A stretch of DNA of 63,112 nt, the filler included, from Reticulomyxa filosa (taxonomy: Eukaryota > Protista > Foraminifera): NCBI GenBank assembly GCA_000512085.1. It is 23 parts of 23 records of this genome, joined end to end, with 100 filler letters (N's around TTAATTAATTAA, not from the genome) between each part and the next. Parts side by side here need not be neighbours in the genome. Positions count along the whole stretch, not along the records: positions 1 to 5,448 come from ASPP01021663.1; positions 5,549 to 6,915 come from ASPP01021368.1; positions 7,016 to 8,562 come from ASPP01014685.1; positions 8,663 to 10,218 come from ASPP01007375.1; positions 10,319 to 11,955 come from ASPP01040462.1; 18 more parts are not named here. One strand, written 5' to 3'. The position numbers and the translations under genes were made by a program. Below, in pieces: positions 1 through 12,055 of the stretch. How positions within the stretch are numbered: position 1 is the first letter of the stretch; each line of letters starts with the position of its first letter. The notes beneath the pieces are model-generated. The model was not told the origin of the DNA. It saw only the letters and a program-made list of their open reading frames with translations, and did no database searches.

Positions 1-38
1 TTTTTTTTTTTTTTTAAAAAAAAAGCTGCTACAATTTA

Positions 39-954
39 ACCAGTGATGACAAACCAATTGATCAACCGTCTTGTCTCTGCATGTTCAGTATAAAAAATAT
101 GTCCCAAAAATGAATTTTGAGGAGACGTTTGCTCTGAAATAATGTAACCAACTTCGTGTTCATCAGCCTTTCCGTTCCAACTTTGGCATTTCCACATATA
201 CCCACCCCAAAAAAAAAAAAAAAAAAAAATGCGATTTTCCGTTGCGGTGTTTTTCTCTCGTGTAAAAATTATATGTGTGTACATATATGTATGTTAAATC
301 ACACCAAAAAAGGAAAACGTCGAAAGGCATAGTGTTGGTAATCTTAATGTGGGCTTGCATTTGGTCTTCCAAAAAAGTGGCCAGGGCTCGCGGAGAATCG
401 CCCTGGAAACGGCGGAAGCCGTTATGGTCGTTGAAGTAAGAACCTTTTTTGATATAAAAAATATGTATACATGATTGTGGTGGTAAATTCCACTCGGTGG
501 TGATGTTCGGAAATACACTCTTTTTCATTCGCACTGTATGAAATACTCCTGGCCCTGTTGCATAGTATGCTGCCACAAAAAATGGGTTCGATATTAGCTT
601 CCACAGACATGCGTCTTCGTAGATGCAAAATAACAAGTTGTTGAAGGCCCCTTTCTTTGATTGCTTCTTTTTTTTTAAGGCGTCTTGCTCTTCTTTTGGC
701 AATAACTCAAACAACTTCTCCACTGTGTCCAGTTCCTCGATTATTGGGATAAAGTGTGTTGGCAAGCCGATGTGGGTGTGCTGCGAACCTTGAGGAACTG
801 ATATACTTCCCATCGTTGGATACTTTTCATTCCCTTTGCTTTCACATTCTGACAAAGAGGGGTTATCAATCGCAGGCAGTGTGGAATCCACTCCATCGGC
901 CGCAAAATGACCTCTTATCGACAACAATAAAATATATAAAAATAAAAAAGGCAT
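39..954 (-). CDS. Secreted/ER protein with signal peptide; possible thioredoxin-like region followed by a VHL-beta-like domain; intron-containing, 3' part missing
   Basis: Long ORF with a hydrophobic N-terminus (MPFLFLYILLLSIRGHFA). A GT..AG intron at about 183-305 joins HIKITNTMPFDVFLF to WNGKADEHEVGYI...FLGHIFY. Domain calls are by eye. Confidence 0.5.
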
Positions 955-2726
955 GATAATAAAGATTGATAAATTCTTTCCCCATTGCTGCTCTTCCGAC
1001 TCTTTTGTAGACTTTTGTCTAAAACAAAATTTTATTCTAACTCTTGAAAATTTGAAAAAAATATTGCGGCAGTGGTTTTGCTCTTTTATTGTCGTTTATA
1101 TTTAGTGCACTCTGTTAAAAAAACTGAAAATTATACTCTTTTTAAAATTAGTTTATACTTTGTTTAAAGTAAATATTTAAAACAATATTTTTAAAAAAAT
1201 ATTTATTATAGATATATTAATAATAACTGATACGTCAATAATATTGCCTTGGATATTTTTTTTTCCTATTTGAAGATTTGCATTCACTTGCTTTTTACTT
1301 TTACAAACATAAAAATAAAAAAGCAAAAGTAAGAAGAACAAAAGACTGAGTAGTGAAGTGACTATGAACCAGAATAAGGGAGTTCTGAGACTCTCTTGGA
1401 TTTTTGATAGTGATTAGTACTACACGTACTACAATATTGTGCCTAATTCAAAGAAATCTTTAAAAAAATTTATATCCAAATTACTGATGTGGGAGTATGC
1501 TGCTGATGAAATATTACACTAAATGTAATACGAAAGGTTAATTAGCTCTTTTGAGCAAGTATCAACAAAAAAGATTAAATAAAGAAAAGAAAAACAAATG
1601 TGTGGAAATGAGTACACCGAAACGCCAGATTAAAACGAGAAAAGAAAACACTGGTGAGTGAAAAGTGTTAGGAAAAGTTTAACCCACCAGGAGCTCATCA
1701 ACCTCTTTAACGGTTCTATCTATATAGTAGGAGCTTCTCCTACACTGACATAAAGCAAAACTGCTAGTTTTATTGCATTTAAATATGGAAACGCTTGAAA
1801 AAGTTTCCAAAAGACTTCTGAAAAAAGATTTTAAAATGGACCATACAATCAATGCTAAAGTAAAGACAAAAGCAATGATGCTGAAACAATTATTGACAAT
1901 GCAATGATATAGTACAAACATATATTATGTTATAGTTATGACAATAGTTATAAAAGAAAGAAGTAATTGTGAAGTTCAATGATCAGACGAAAAACTGATT
2001 ACATTAACGCAGATCTGGTAAATGACGTACAATATTAAATCGATTTATCGTTCGTCAAAAGGTCTTTCATTAATATATATTCATTATAATTCAATTGAAC
2101 AAGCAAGACAACGAAAAGAAATGGAAAATGCAAATTTGTTTTGTACAAGCGACAGTAATTACAAAATAATTAAAATTAAATAATACAACAAAAGTCTATA
2201 CAAAATACATTTTAAAGATCTAAGTAAAACAAACTCAGTAATAACTTTCACATTATATTTGATGCTAACTCTGCACACTTCCTACAACGGTGGCAACAAT
2301 AATTGAAACAACAGTAAAACAAGAACGTCAAATAAATCAATGTGAAAACTATAATCGAAAACATTGATAAATAAAAAGAATACTGGGAAAGAATATATGG
2401 TTTTTTAAATACAAAATAATTTCTTACATTTAATTCTTTTACAATCCAGTAAAGATTCAATTGTATCAATTATATAGCAAGTGGCTTATCTCTACACATG
2501 TTGGATTTAGTCTTTTTGTAATAGAAAAAAATAAATGATAAAACAAATCAATGCACACTGCCATAGTCATATAACGCAATAATTACACGAACGGTGCAAT
2601 ATTTAAACCAATTAGAAACAACACAAGAAATAAAATATTGTATATTTGAAATAGGGGAAATTGAAGGCAACGACGCAGAACGAAAATTTTTTGAGAAACA
2701 TTCCGTAAAATTTGAATCTACTAGGA

Positions 2727-3865
2727 ATGAGCGCTTCCAACAATATGTCCAATGATCAAGTAGATGATCAAAAAAAGGATACATCTGAAAAAGAACAAAG
2801 CGCATCTGTGAAAAAATATGCCTGCTTTGTAGCAGGAGAACCACCAACGAAAGAGCTGATAAAAAATTACGGGGATTACGGAGATATGCTGATTAACTTT
2901 TTGAAAGAAGATGAAAAGAATGAGGAGTGGTTGCGATTTGATGTTCGAAAAGATGAGTTTCCAACCGAAAGCCAATTGAAAGAGATTTCCGGGATTGCTA
3001 TAACCGGTTCTGCTTCAGACGCTCACAGTAATGAGCCATGGGTAGGTTTGTCGAACACAACAATATAATTGGGCCCCCTTTGTCTCACAAGTGCTTTCCC
3101 TAAAACTAAGTCAAGCACAACAATATTGACAACAAAAAAATGTAGTGAAATTGCGAAATTATTGCAACGAATTGTACACACAAAAATCCCACAAAATTAT
3201 TGGATTTTGTTTTGGCCACCAAGTTGAGTTGGGAGAGATTCTCTGTTCAAATATAAAATCAAACTCAACAATCAGTCCCCCTTTTTTTTTTCCCCCCCAT
3301 GTACAATTATTTGAAACGTATACATACATGTTTGTATAATATACATATGCATGTGTATATTTATCATTTGAAATATTTTTTTTTTTTTTTTTGAATGATA
3401 AAGTTATTAGGGATTGCAGTAAGTGGCAAAAGTGGACGTGCAAAGAGTGGATGGGAAGTCGGTTTGCGAACATTAACATTTTCTGCTGATGCTGAAAAAA
3501 AACTTCCAGCAATAGCCGAGGCTTTATCGCAAAAAAGTGGCAATAAAGATAAAACTGATACAAATACAATCGAATTGAATGTGCACGAGTTCCACCAAGA
3601 TCAAATCTATGAACTACCTTCCAATGCAACCATTTTGGCTTCTTCCAAGAAATGCCCTGTCGAAATGTTTGAATCGGAAGGTGTTGTGTTGGGTATCCAA
3701 GGTCATCCTGAATTCTCTACTGAATATCACCAAGCCTTAATTCGTAACAGTTTGAATTCCGAATTTAAGAAAGTCTTCCAGGCTGGGTTGCAAGAACTCA
3801 CTATCAACAAACACGACAATAATGTCTTTCAATCTTTTATGCGTAAGTGGCTGAAGAAAGACTAA
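2727..3865 (+). CDS. Class I glutamine amidotransferase-like protein (gamma-glutamyl peptidase/GMP-synthase-like), 3 exons
   Basis: Exons 2727-3045, 3146-3222 and 3404-3865 join in frame. Motifs: ITGS, GFCFGHQ (nucleophile Cys), HQDQI, QGHPEF (catalytic His-Glu). Confidence 0.92.
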
Positions 3866-4519
3866 TTTTTGTTCTTTTTAATAAAAAGTTGTGTTGGTTT
3901 CACCATTCCCACCTCTCTTAGCAACAGCCCTTTATTTAATATTCAAAACATGATACACTTTAAAGAGGTACACAAATCATTCTGGTTTGGGTCGTTGCTT
4001 TTGTTTAATTTTTTTAATGTGGGCCGTTGTGCTCATATCTAGCTTGTGAATGATCTGACACCTACCGTTAAGGGTAATCCTTCTTCAAACGGTTCACATT
4101 ATTCTTGTAATGGTAGAGCTATATGATAATTCATATACTTTTGAAACTTTCTCTTCCGGGAATTTAGTCAATATTTAAAAAATTTGGACATAAATTCACA
4201 TGTTATCATATGCATATATTCAATTTTATGAAATACAACAACAATAGCCTTTCACTTTTCATAAATGAAAATACTTTTTCTAAAAGATCGAAAACCGAGA
4301 AACAAAAAAGTCGAACATTCGTCTATATTAATACAATTAAAATATATTAGAAATTCTAACTGCTAATTTTTCTTCTTGATGTCCTATTTGTTTCGTAATT
4401 TATTGATTTTGGCATGTCTCAGTGGGCAACTTGGTTAAGAAACAACAGCATACGTTTAAACAAACAAAACATCAAAAACGTGAGTTGAGGATTTATTGTA
4501 AAACTTCTCTGTCAATAGG

Positions 4520-5421
4520 CTATGGAACCTCAGAGGATTGTTTGATAACAAAGTGTGACGCATACGTGGAGTTATGTTTGTACGAAGAAGAATGTTATTC
4601 TTTGATAAGACCTTGTATTTATTCTGTCAATGGTGGCCAAACAATTGTGGGGTCATCTTACAATACTCCCAACGCAACTTTTTGGGCATTAAAAAGTGGA
4701 AAATACGTGATTGATGTCAATCAACTGTTTCGAATTTTTTTTTTTTTTTTTTTTTGTATCTTTATTTGATTCATTAAAAAAAAAAAACCCAAGAAAATAG
4801 TGCATATCAAATAAAGGTTGCTTTTTTGAAAAAAGGTATGAAGTCAATACCGACAACGATCCCCATTCGATTTGCAAGACTGTGGAATAGCAACAGGATG
4901 CCAGGATGCGGATACGTCAACAGAGGTATCAACAACAATGACGCCAACTGAGTATAGTGTCAACAAATTGCCGTTGGTTCCCTTCGACTACCTCCAATTG
5001 ACAGCATCATCTGCACCAAAAGTTAAGATTATACATACGTATGTATATACATGTAACATGTAGGTACATACTAACAAACATAACTCCAATAATAATAACA
5101 ATAATAAATATCTCAAAATTTGGCCCAAAAAAAAAAAAAAAGTTAGAGTGAATGCGTGCTTAGTGAGGGTGGCTATGCGATTAAATGCACCTTTGACGAA
5201 AACACGAATCAAAACGGTAGCATGAGTTGTTCATCAATACTGATGGATCGACCATTTTTCCAAAAGCATTCTAAAGCCTGTACTTGGTTGAATCTCTATA
5301 CATTGCGTATTGCTGTAAACACGAGTGTTCATCAATCACTCGGCCAAATGAATGTCACCACCAAAACGACCATTCAAGATTACTATGAGTATTTTTCTGC
5401 AGCGGATTCTTCTATCTCAGG
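4520..5421 (+). CDS. Multi-exon Cys-containing hypothetical protein, partial
   Basis: Three protein-like ORF segments separated by homopolymer/AT-repeat intervals with GT/AG ends. No family recognised. Confidence 0.45.
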
Positions 5422-5448
5422 TTTAAACTTTTTTTTTTTTTCGGCAAA

Positions 5449-5548
5449 NNNNNNNNNNNNNNNNNNNNNNNNNNNNNNNNNNNNNNNNNNNNTTAATTAA
5501 TTAANNNNNNNNNNNNNNNNNNNNNNNNNNNNNNNNNNNNNNNNNNNN
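5449..5548. other. Artificial contig-joining spacer (first of 22)
   Basis: N44+TTAATTAATTAA+N44. The same spacer starts at 6916, 8563, 10219, 11956, 16566, 17822, 19028, 26481, 28949, 32567, 36469, 38394, 40306, 43858, 45606, 50538, 52149, 55683, 58603, 59942 and 61946. Confidence 0.99.
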
Positions 5549-5741
5549 ATATATATAAGCAAGCAACTATGTTCACAGTTTTATTTAATTTTTTTATTTT
5601 TAAAAACGATTTAAAGTAGATAAAAATGTTGACCGTTTCTGAACCTACCAAATTTTGAACTGTTGTGCTCCTTTGTTGCTAGAAAAAATAATAATTTTTA
5701 ATTGGAGCTTACTATTCTATTTTATGAAAAATTGAATAAAA

Positions 5742-6248
5742 ATGGCAGGCGGACCACCATATTCTGATGCACTTTTAGAAGACGGACACCACAAGCAGAA
5801 GCACGAACATCAAAAAGATGGTGACAGTACAAAACTGAACCGTCCACAAAGATGTTGTGTTGTATTTTGGTGGATTTTGATATGGTATTTTGTTGGTGGA
5901 GGAATATTTGTAATACTTTTATATCTTATATTGGGCATTTTACTTTTACCCTGTGGAAAACTAGGAAAGCAATTGTTATTGATGGCCAGAGTTTGTATCT
6001 CTCCTTTGAAGTACTCGATTGAACCAGCAGATAGTTGTGTCGGCATTGGCAATGGATTTTGTGTAGAATTAATCTGGGCTCTCTTGCTAGGGATACATTT
6101 ATTGTTTATTCATTGGCTTTTTGCGTTGCTATGGTCTCCATTATTAATATGTGGTATTTCCATTGCAAAACAACATTTTTTCTTGGGAATGGCCGCGTTC
6201 AGTCCCTTTCGTGCAACCATCCGAAAAAAAGAGCCTGGTGAAGTTTAA
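5742..6248 (+). CDS. YccF-domain membrane protein (two tandem YccF-like halves), intronless
   Basis: 168-aa ORF. Repeated pattern IWYFVGGG...GILL...G...LMARVCISP and IWALLLG...H...AL...GISIAKQHF.LG..AFSPF, typical of YccF repeats. Confidence 0.72.
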   Translation: MAGGPPYSDALLEDGHHKQKHEHQKDGDSTKLNRPQRCCVVFWWILIWYFVGGGIFVILLYLILGILLLPCGKLGKQLLLMARVCISPLKYSIEPADSCVGIGNGFCVELIWALLLGIHLLFIHWLFALLWSPLLICGISIAKQHFFLGMAAFSPFRATIRKKEPGEV

Positions 6249-6666
6249 ATAGTTTAAAATTACAATTATTGTTTATTTGTTTGTTTTAATCTGTCCCTCT
6301 CCTTTATCGAGCCTTTTTTTTAAAACGCACAACAGCTGCATTGTTGACTTTTACTTAAGTATTTTTGAATGTCGAATTTTGTTTTTTTTTTTCAATTATT
6401 TCAACTTGCAGTACTTATTTCTCTATCTATCGACAATAGACAACAAAAAATTTAAAAATGTATTTTGTCTTTAGTAAAGTGTAGGGAAAAAAATCGTTAA
6501 GACAATTAAAGACATTAAAAATTAAGGATCTTGTTTTATAGAAGTCGATTGCATTTTTTTTGCATACAAATAAAAAAAAGGGCTTCTCCATAATTGAACG
6601 ATAGATCGTAGTCATATCATTATCAATAATCAGCCAAATTTGTTTTTTTTTTAAAAAAAAAAGAAA

Positions 6667-6915
6667 ATGCATGGAGGAGATTTCAAAAGTTCAGATGACA
6701 TGACTCAAGCCACTTCTGCGGGCTGGACTGAAACAGATTCTTCAATTCTACCTGTGTTTGTGAAGCAATTGGCGAACGCCAAATGCGATGAAAACGACGC
6801 AATGACAATTGACGGGAAGATATTAACGTACATAAAATTGTGCGGAAGTGTGGAAGAGATAGCCTCACACAACACATACACGTCGTATATGGTGCGCGAT
6901 AATTCAGGAATGGTG
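6667..6915 (+). CDS. RPA2: Replication protein A 32-kDa subunit, N-terminal part
   Basis: ILPVFVKQL...TIDGK...IKLCGSV...YMVRDNSG matches the start of the RPA32 OB fold (L.PVTIKQ..IDG..V..VG..Y.IDDGTG). Truncated by the contig end. Confidence 0.8.
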
Positions 6916-7078
6916 NNNNNNNNNNNNNNNNNNNNNNNNNNNNNNNNNNNNNNNNNNNNTTAATTAATTAANNNNNNNNNNNNNNNNNNNNNNNNNNNNN
7001 NNNNNNNNNNNNNNNAAAAAAAAAAAAAAAAAAGGGGTCAACAAAAGTTCTCAAACTTTTTTAATTAAAAAAAAAAAC

Positions 7079-7545
7079 TTTGAATTCGTTCGAATCTAGC
7101 CCAATTCTCTCTTTTGAAATTTTTTGATCCAATATTTCCAATTCATGATTTCCAACAATATCTTTTACAATTACATGGGTGTGCTCGCATGGCAGCTCAA
7201 ACATATGCACGTCAAAGTCTATCCATATGTGCTTTTTTTTTGTTGTTATCATTGCTTTGGATTTTTCAGTGCTTATGTTTTGTAATTGTAACTAAATAAT
7301 GAACAACACATTGTTGACGTCTACAAAGCAATATATCTCAAACACATCCCAAAAACTTCGTCGAAATGCTCGTCCAATTCCACTGATTTCTGTTCCGAGG
7401 TGGAAAGATATGCATACAACTCCATTGTAAACAGCAGACTCATCACCACATACGCCACAAGAGTTAAGTAGGCTCCATGGAGCGTCGGGTTTGTCAATTC
7501 TTTCGGGATTTTTCGAAAGGCATCAAATTTTAGCAAAAAATCCAT
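7079..7545 (-). CDS. ERGIC_N-domain protein (Erv41/Erv46/ERGIC3 family), first two exons
   Basis: KFDAFRKIPKELTNPTLHGAYLTL, one TM segment, ELYAYL, then IDFDVHMFELPC...VKDIVG. Confidence 0.85.
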
Positions 7546-8662
7546 CGTGACAACTGTTTTGTATTCGTGTCTGCTGATTAACAAATATCAGAATCAGGGA
7601 ATATTGCTACAATCAATAAAAAAAATTCATTTTTTTCGCCTGACTTTGTGTGGGACAGTGTATAATAGCAAGTGGCCTTTAAATTATTCACGAGCTTTTC
7701 ACATAACTCTTTGTCCTGACATTAACCTTATTTTCATTTTTTTTTTCAAAAAAATCAGTATTTTCAAGCTTGGCGGTATTAAGCGAAATAAGTTGGAGAA
7801 AATTTTTTAAAGTGCTGAGCCATAGCCAACTTCAAACCATGTATTTTTTGCCATGTGCATGATATTTCTGTGCTATACTTTTTTTCTACTTTGAGGGTGT
7901 TTACTGTTTGGGACTGGATCGAGATCTTTCACAAACAATTTTTTTCCCGTTCACATAGCAAACATAATCTTTTAATGCTGTTCGTGCTGGATTTGGCAAT
8001 AATACTCTTGTCGTCCATTCTCATTTTCCCATAGTTAGTCCTGTCCGTTGTTTTTTTTTCTGTTTGCGACGTGTAACCAGTCACATACCCTGAAAAAACA
8101 GTTTAGTGGGATTTGTATTGACGTATGGACCGAAAGTTGGTATTGGTATAATAAAAGTGAAAAAAGAAAAAGTGGAATATTTAATATCAATTCAATGGAA
8201 AGGCGGTTGTTCTTTGTGGTTTGAATGGCATTCAAGGACCTCTATAAAAATACTGTTTGAAGTATCGAATCTTCATTTGAGTGTGATCGCCAACCCATTG
8301 CACGGGCAAGAGCAAGGGCATGTATCCATCCCAAAAAGTAGCTCTAATGCTCACACGACATTTTTCAAAACTATGAAAGTTTAGTGTGCCAAACAAATAA
8401 AAAAAAAGCCACATTCGGCAAATGGCACAAAAAAGAAAGAGGGTAGATTCCGACGGAACATGCTGAAAGCGCATGTGTGTGTGCGTGTATGTATGAATAC
8501 GTAGTGTAGGTGTGTATATGGTGTGTTTGCAAAAAAAAAAAAAAAAAAAAAAAAAGGAGCAANNNNNNNNNNNNNNNNNNNNNNNNNNNNNNNNNNNNNN
8601 NNNNNNTTAATTAATTAANNNNNNNNNNNNNNNNNNNNNNNNNNNNNNNNNNNNNNNNNNNN

Positions 8663-8751
8663 GACAAACATAATGCTGGGACAAACATAATGCTGGCGAC
8701 AAACATAATGCTGGCGACAAACATAAAGCTGGTGACAAACATAATGCTGGC
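8663..8751 (+). repeat. 18-bp tandem repeat, ~5 copies (GACAAACATAATGCTGGC)
   Basis: Directly visible; encodes DKHNAG. Confidence 0.9.
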
Positions 8752-9012
8752 GGTGCCAATCCGGAAAATCTCTTGGCTGCTGATCAAAACAATATTCAAA
8801 TGATCGTGTCTTCTCGGGTATCTCCCAAAGATTCCGAAACTAGTCGAATCAAGTATTATCAACAAATATTAGACTTGTGTGAAAACGTCCTCAGCGAGTG
8901 CTACACACTTATGGCCGACAGCTTTTCAAGGTTTGATCCCGAGGAAATCAAAAAGTATCAACCCAAAGCGTATGCTGACGCTGCTTTTCGAAACAAGAAA
9001 CAACAAAAATAA
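8663..9012 (+). CDS. 3' end of a hypothetical protein with DKHNAG repeats
   Basis: Open frame from the repeat to TAA at 9012, followed by T-rich 3'UTR-like sequence. Confidence 0.5.
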
Positions 9013-10822
9013 TACACATTCTCACGCACGCTACACTGCGTTGTATCTTCCTTCTCCTCTCTTTTTTTGTTTATTATTTTTTTTCTTATTTTATTCTTTT
9101 TTTTTCCCCCTTCGCTCTCTATGTTATGAGCGCATTTTTTTTATTATTTTTTGTACAGAATGGTAGATGGTTATTGTTTCGTCTTGTTTGATTTTGTATC
9201 GCACAACACAATCAATTTTGAGCATCAACAACAACAACAACAACAAAATTCACTTCCAAGATACAAAACTGTTTCGTTAAATGTTTTTGAAATTGTTTAT
9301 TTGAGCGAATCTCAATAACATCAATACTCGCCAGATTTATGTAGAAATTAACTTTCCTTTTGCTGTTTGAATAGTATCAATGCATATCGCGAGTATTTTT
9401 ACTTTTGGCTCTTTTTCGTTTCCAAATTTGCATAAAAGCACAATCAAAAAATTTTTGTTAATGCGGAGCTACTTGCTTAACAAGAACAATACATGAATCA
9501 TCTTTTGGAATTATGTCAGACCAGCCTGATATGACTTCCAGAAAGTTGTTTATCCATAATTCTAGTGCTCTGGAGAAAAAATGTTTATATTTTTTTGACT
9601 GTCTGGTTAAAAGGGGATATTTTTTAGACCGAAAGCATAATAATATAGAAATGCGTTTGAGCTCATGTTGGTAAATTGTACTTCCCTCCAAAAAAGTGAA
9701 TGATCTCAAAAAATCAAGAAGAGGTGATGTTTTATTTGATCTAATGAATGATAAGATAATTAGAATTAACAGTTGCAAGCAATAGTGTATATTACGTATA
9801 TAAATTTGTGTGTGTTGTTGCTGGAAAAAAACTAGCGGATATTCCGAACCTTTGAGGGTGACGAGTTGCCATATGAAAACTTGTTATCACCAGAGCAGGC
9901 AGTTCAGCAGCAAACAGTAGCAGACTCCACAGATTATGCAGTTAACAAGAAAAAAAAAGAAAGACAATAAATATATTGTTAGATCGAGCATGGCAACATT
10001 ATGTGCACATGTACACACACACATATATACGAAACACAATTTGGAAAAAAAAAAAGGATCCAGAATTTGACCTATTGAAACAATTACCTACTTGGAACGA
10101 TTTAAAATTGTCTGTTGAAAAACGACGAAATTTATATCTGAAACGACAAAAAGAAAAAGTTTAAAAAAAAAAAAAGGAATGAATTATTATTTGTTTTTTT
10201 TTTTTTTTTAAAAAAAAANNNNNNNNNNNNNNNNNNNNNNNNNNNNNNNNNNNNNNNNNNNNTTAATTAATTAANNNNNNNNNNNNNNNNNNNNNNNNNN
10301 NNNNNNNNNNNNNNNNNNATTTTACTAACAAACAAATTATTTGGTACACTGTATTGCTAGACATCTGCGAGGATATTTTCTTAAAAATAAAGTCGATGAC
10401 GTAGAATCTGTACTTCAAATTAATACATTGATCTATTAGTAAAATTGAGCTTTGACAATTTGTGATTTGGAAATTTTGTCTTTTAGTACGTGCGTGTTAT
10501 ACACCAAACCTTGCAGTTCCGACAATGTCAGACTCCTCATTATTCTTACAGCATGTGATTCTATGGACAAACACAGTCTTTTCTCTATGATTTTATAGTT
10601 TTTTGGATAGTGGGCCATCTTTGTCAAATTTCCTTTTAATTTTTCTATAATATGACCAGCCGCATAGCTATTCACTTTAGGATAATGTACAACTAATGAT
10701 TATATTTAAATACATTTTTTCCAATGTTAGAGATTTTTTGTAAGAAGAAGTTGCAAAAGGAAGGTCAAAGTGAATATAAAGAGAGTTGTAAAAAAAGAAA
10801 AAAACAACTTCATTTTTTTAAT

Positions 10823-11112
10823 CAATGACTGCAATGTAATTTCTTCTTTTGAACACAAACTCTAAACCATTCATAAACAACACTGTCTAAACGAATTCGA
10901 TATCCAACATTGTGACTTCTCAAATTACAATTCTGTATATCTGTTTGAATTGGACGATATGGCCAATCTTTTACAATTGATAATACATTTCCCTCACGAA
11001 GAGGACTATTATCGCTGCAATACAATGTTTCATACTTTCATTGTTATACTATCTTTCAAAATTATTACATTTTTAATATATTCCTTCAACCATTCCTTGT
11101 TTTTATCAATAT
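10823..11112 (-). pseudogene. Decayed member of a dispersed gene family (paralog at 54778-55082)
   Basis: Nucleotide-alignable; YCSDNS..EGNV.S.VKD.PYRPIQ.D.QNC..RS.N.GYRI.L occurs in both copies. Confidence 0.75.
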
Positions 11113-12055
11113 CCAATGGACGTGACATTTCGACCAGCAACCCAATATAATAAATTATTTTTGATTAATATTTCTTTTACTTCTGTTTAATTTACTCCCA
11201 ATAAGAATGTTGCACCTTCTTCCAATAATGTTTCATAATTCTCTTCGTCAACCATTTTGATCACACCATCTTTATCAATTAATTTATCTTTCATAATCAA
11301 TTGTATATTTGATTCTTTCCATTGGACTTCATACATGTGATGACAAAATTATTTAAATATTAAAATAATCAACTTCTATTTGAAAGAATCATGTAATAAA
11401 CAAAATAATTGTATATATTTTCAAAAGAGTTTGAAAGAAATACTGATTTTTATAATGAGATTAAATAAAAATTTTTTTGAGTTAGAAAATGAATTTTTTG
11501 ATTGATTTTCACTAATTTTTTGGATGAATATGCAAGTAAGAAAAAGTCAAGCTAAGAAATACTTAAACGAAATGTTCGCTAAGTGTCAGCGGTCAAACTT
11601 TTGTTATTATGGCGGAATTATACTTGTCCAAAGTATAAGTGTCGCCGCGCTGTTGTGTGCTGGTAAAGATCAAACGCCTCCGGTTATTTGTATCACTATG
11701 CTGGGAATCTTTTTTGGCTTGATTGTGTTAGTGGCTCCGCTGACCAGTTAAGCATATTTTTTTTTTTAATTTATTTAAATATTCAATTGTCTGGATTTTT
11801 TTTTTATAGTAAGAACCACTTTGGTCCGTGAAAATCATATTGTCAATTCTTCAAGATCTTCTAATTCTTCAAACTCTTCAAGATTTTCCGACCTTTCTGA
11901 ATGTTACAAGTATTCAAACAACACGGATAACCACTTTTAAGTTTCGAGATGAACTNNNNNNNNNNNNNNNNNNNNNNNNNNNNNNNNNNNNNNNNNNNNT
12001 TAATTAATTAANNNNNNNNNNNNNNNNNNNNNNNNNNNNNNNNNNNNNNNNNNNN

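Noticed and set aside
5493-5504. Regularly recurring TTAATTAATTAA as a biological repeat or CRISPR-like array
   Set aside because: Always centred in exactly 88 Ns; it is a six-frame-stop concatenation linker.
10436-10675. Cullin C-terminal domain (IESHAVRIMRS)
   Set aside because: Only one short motif; the downstream winged-helix residues are not recognisable.
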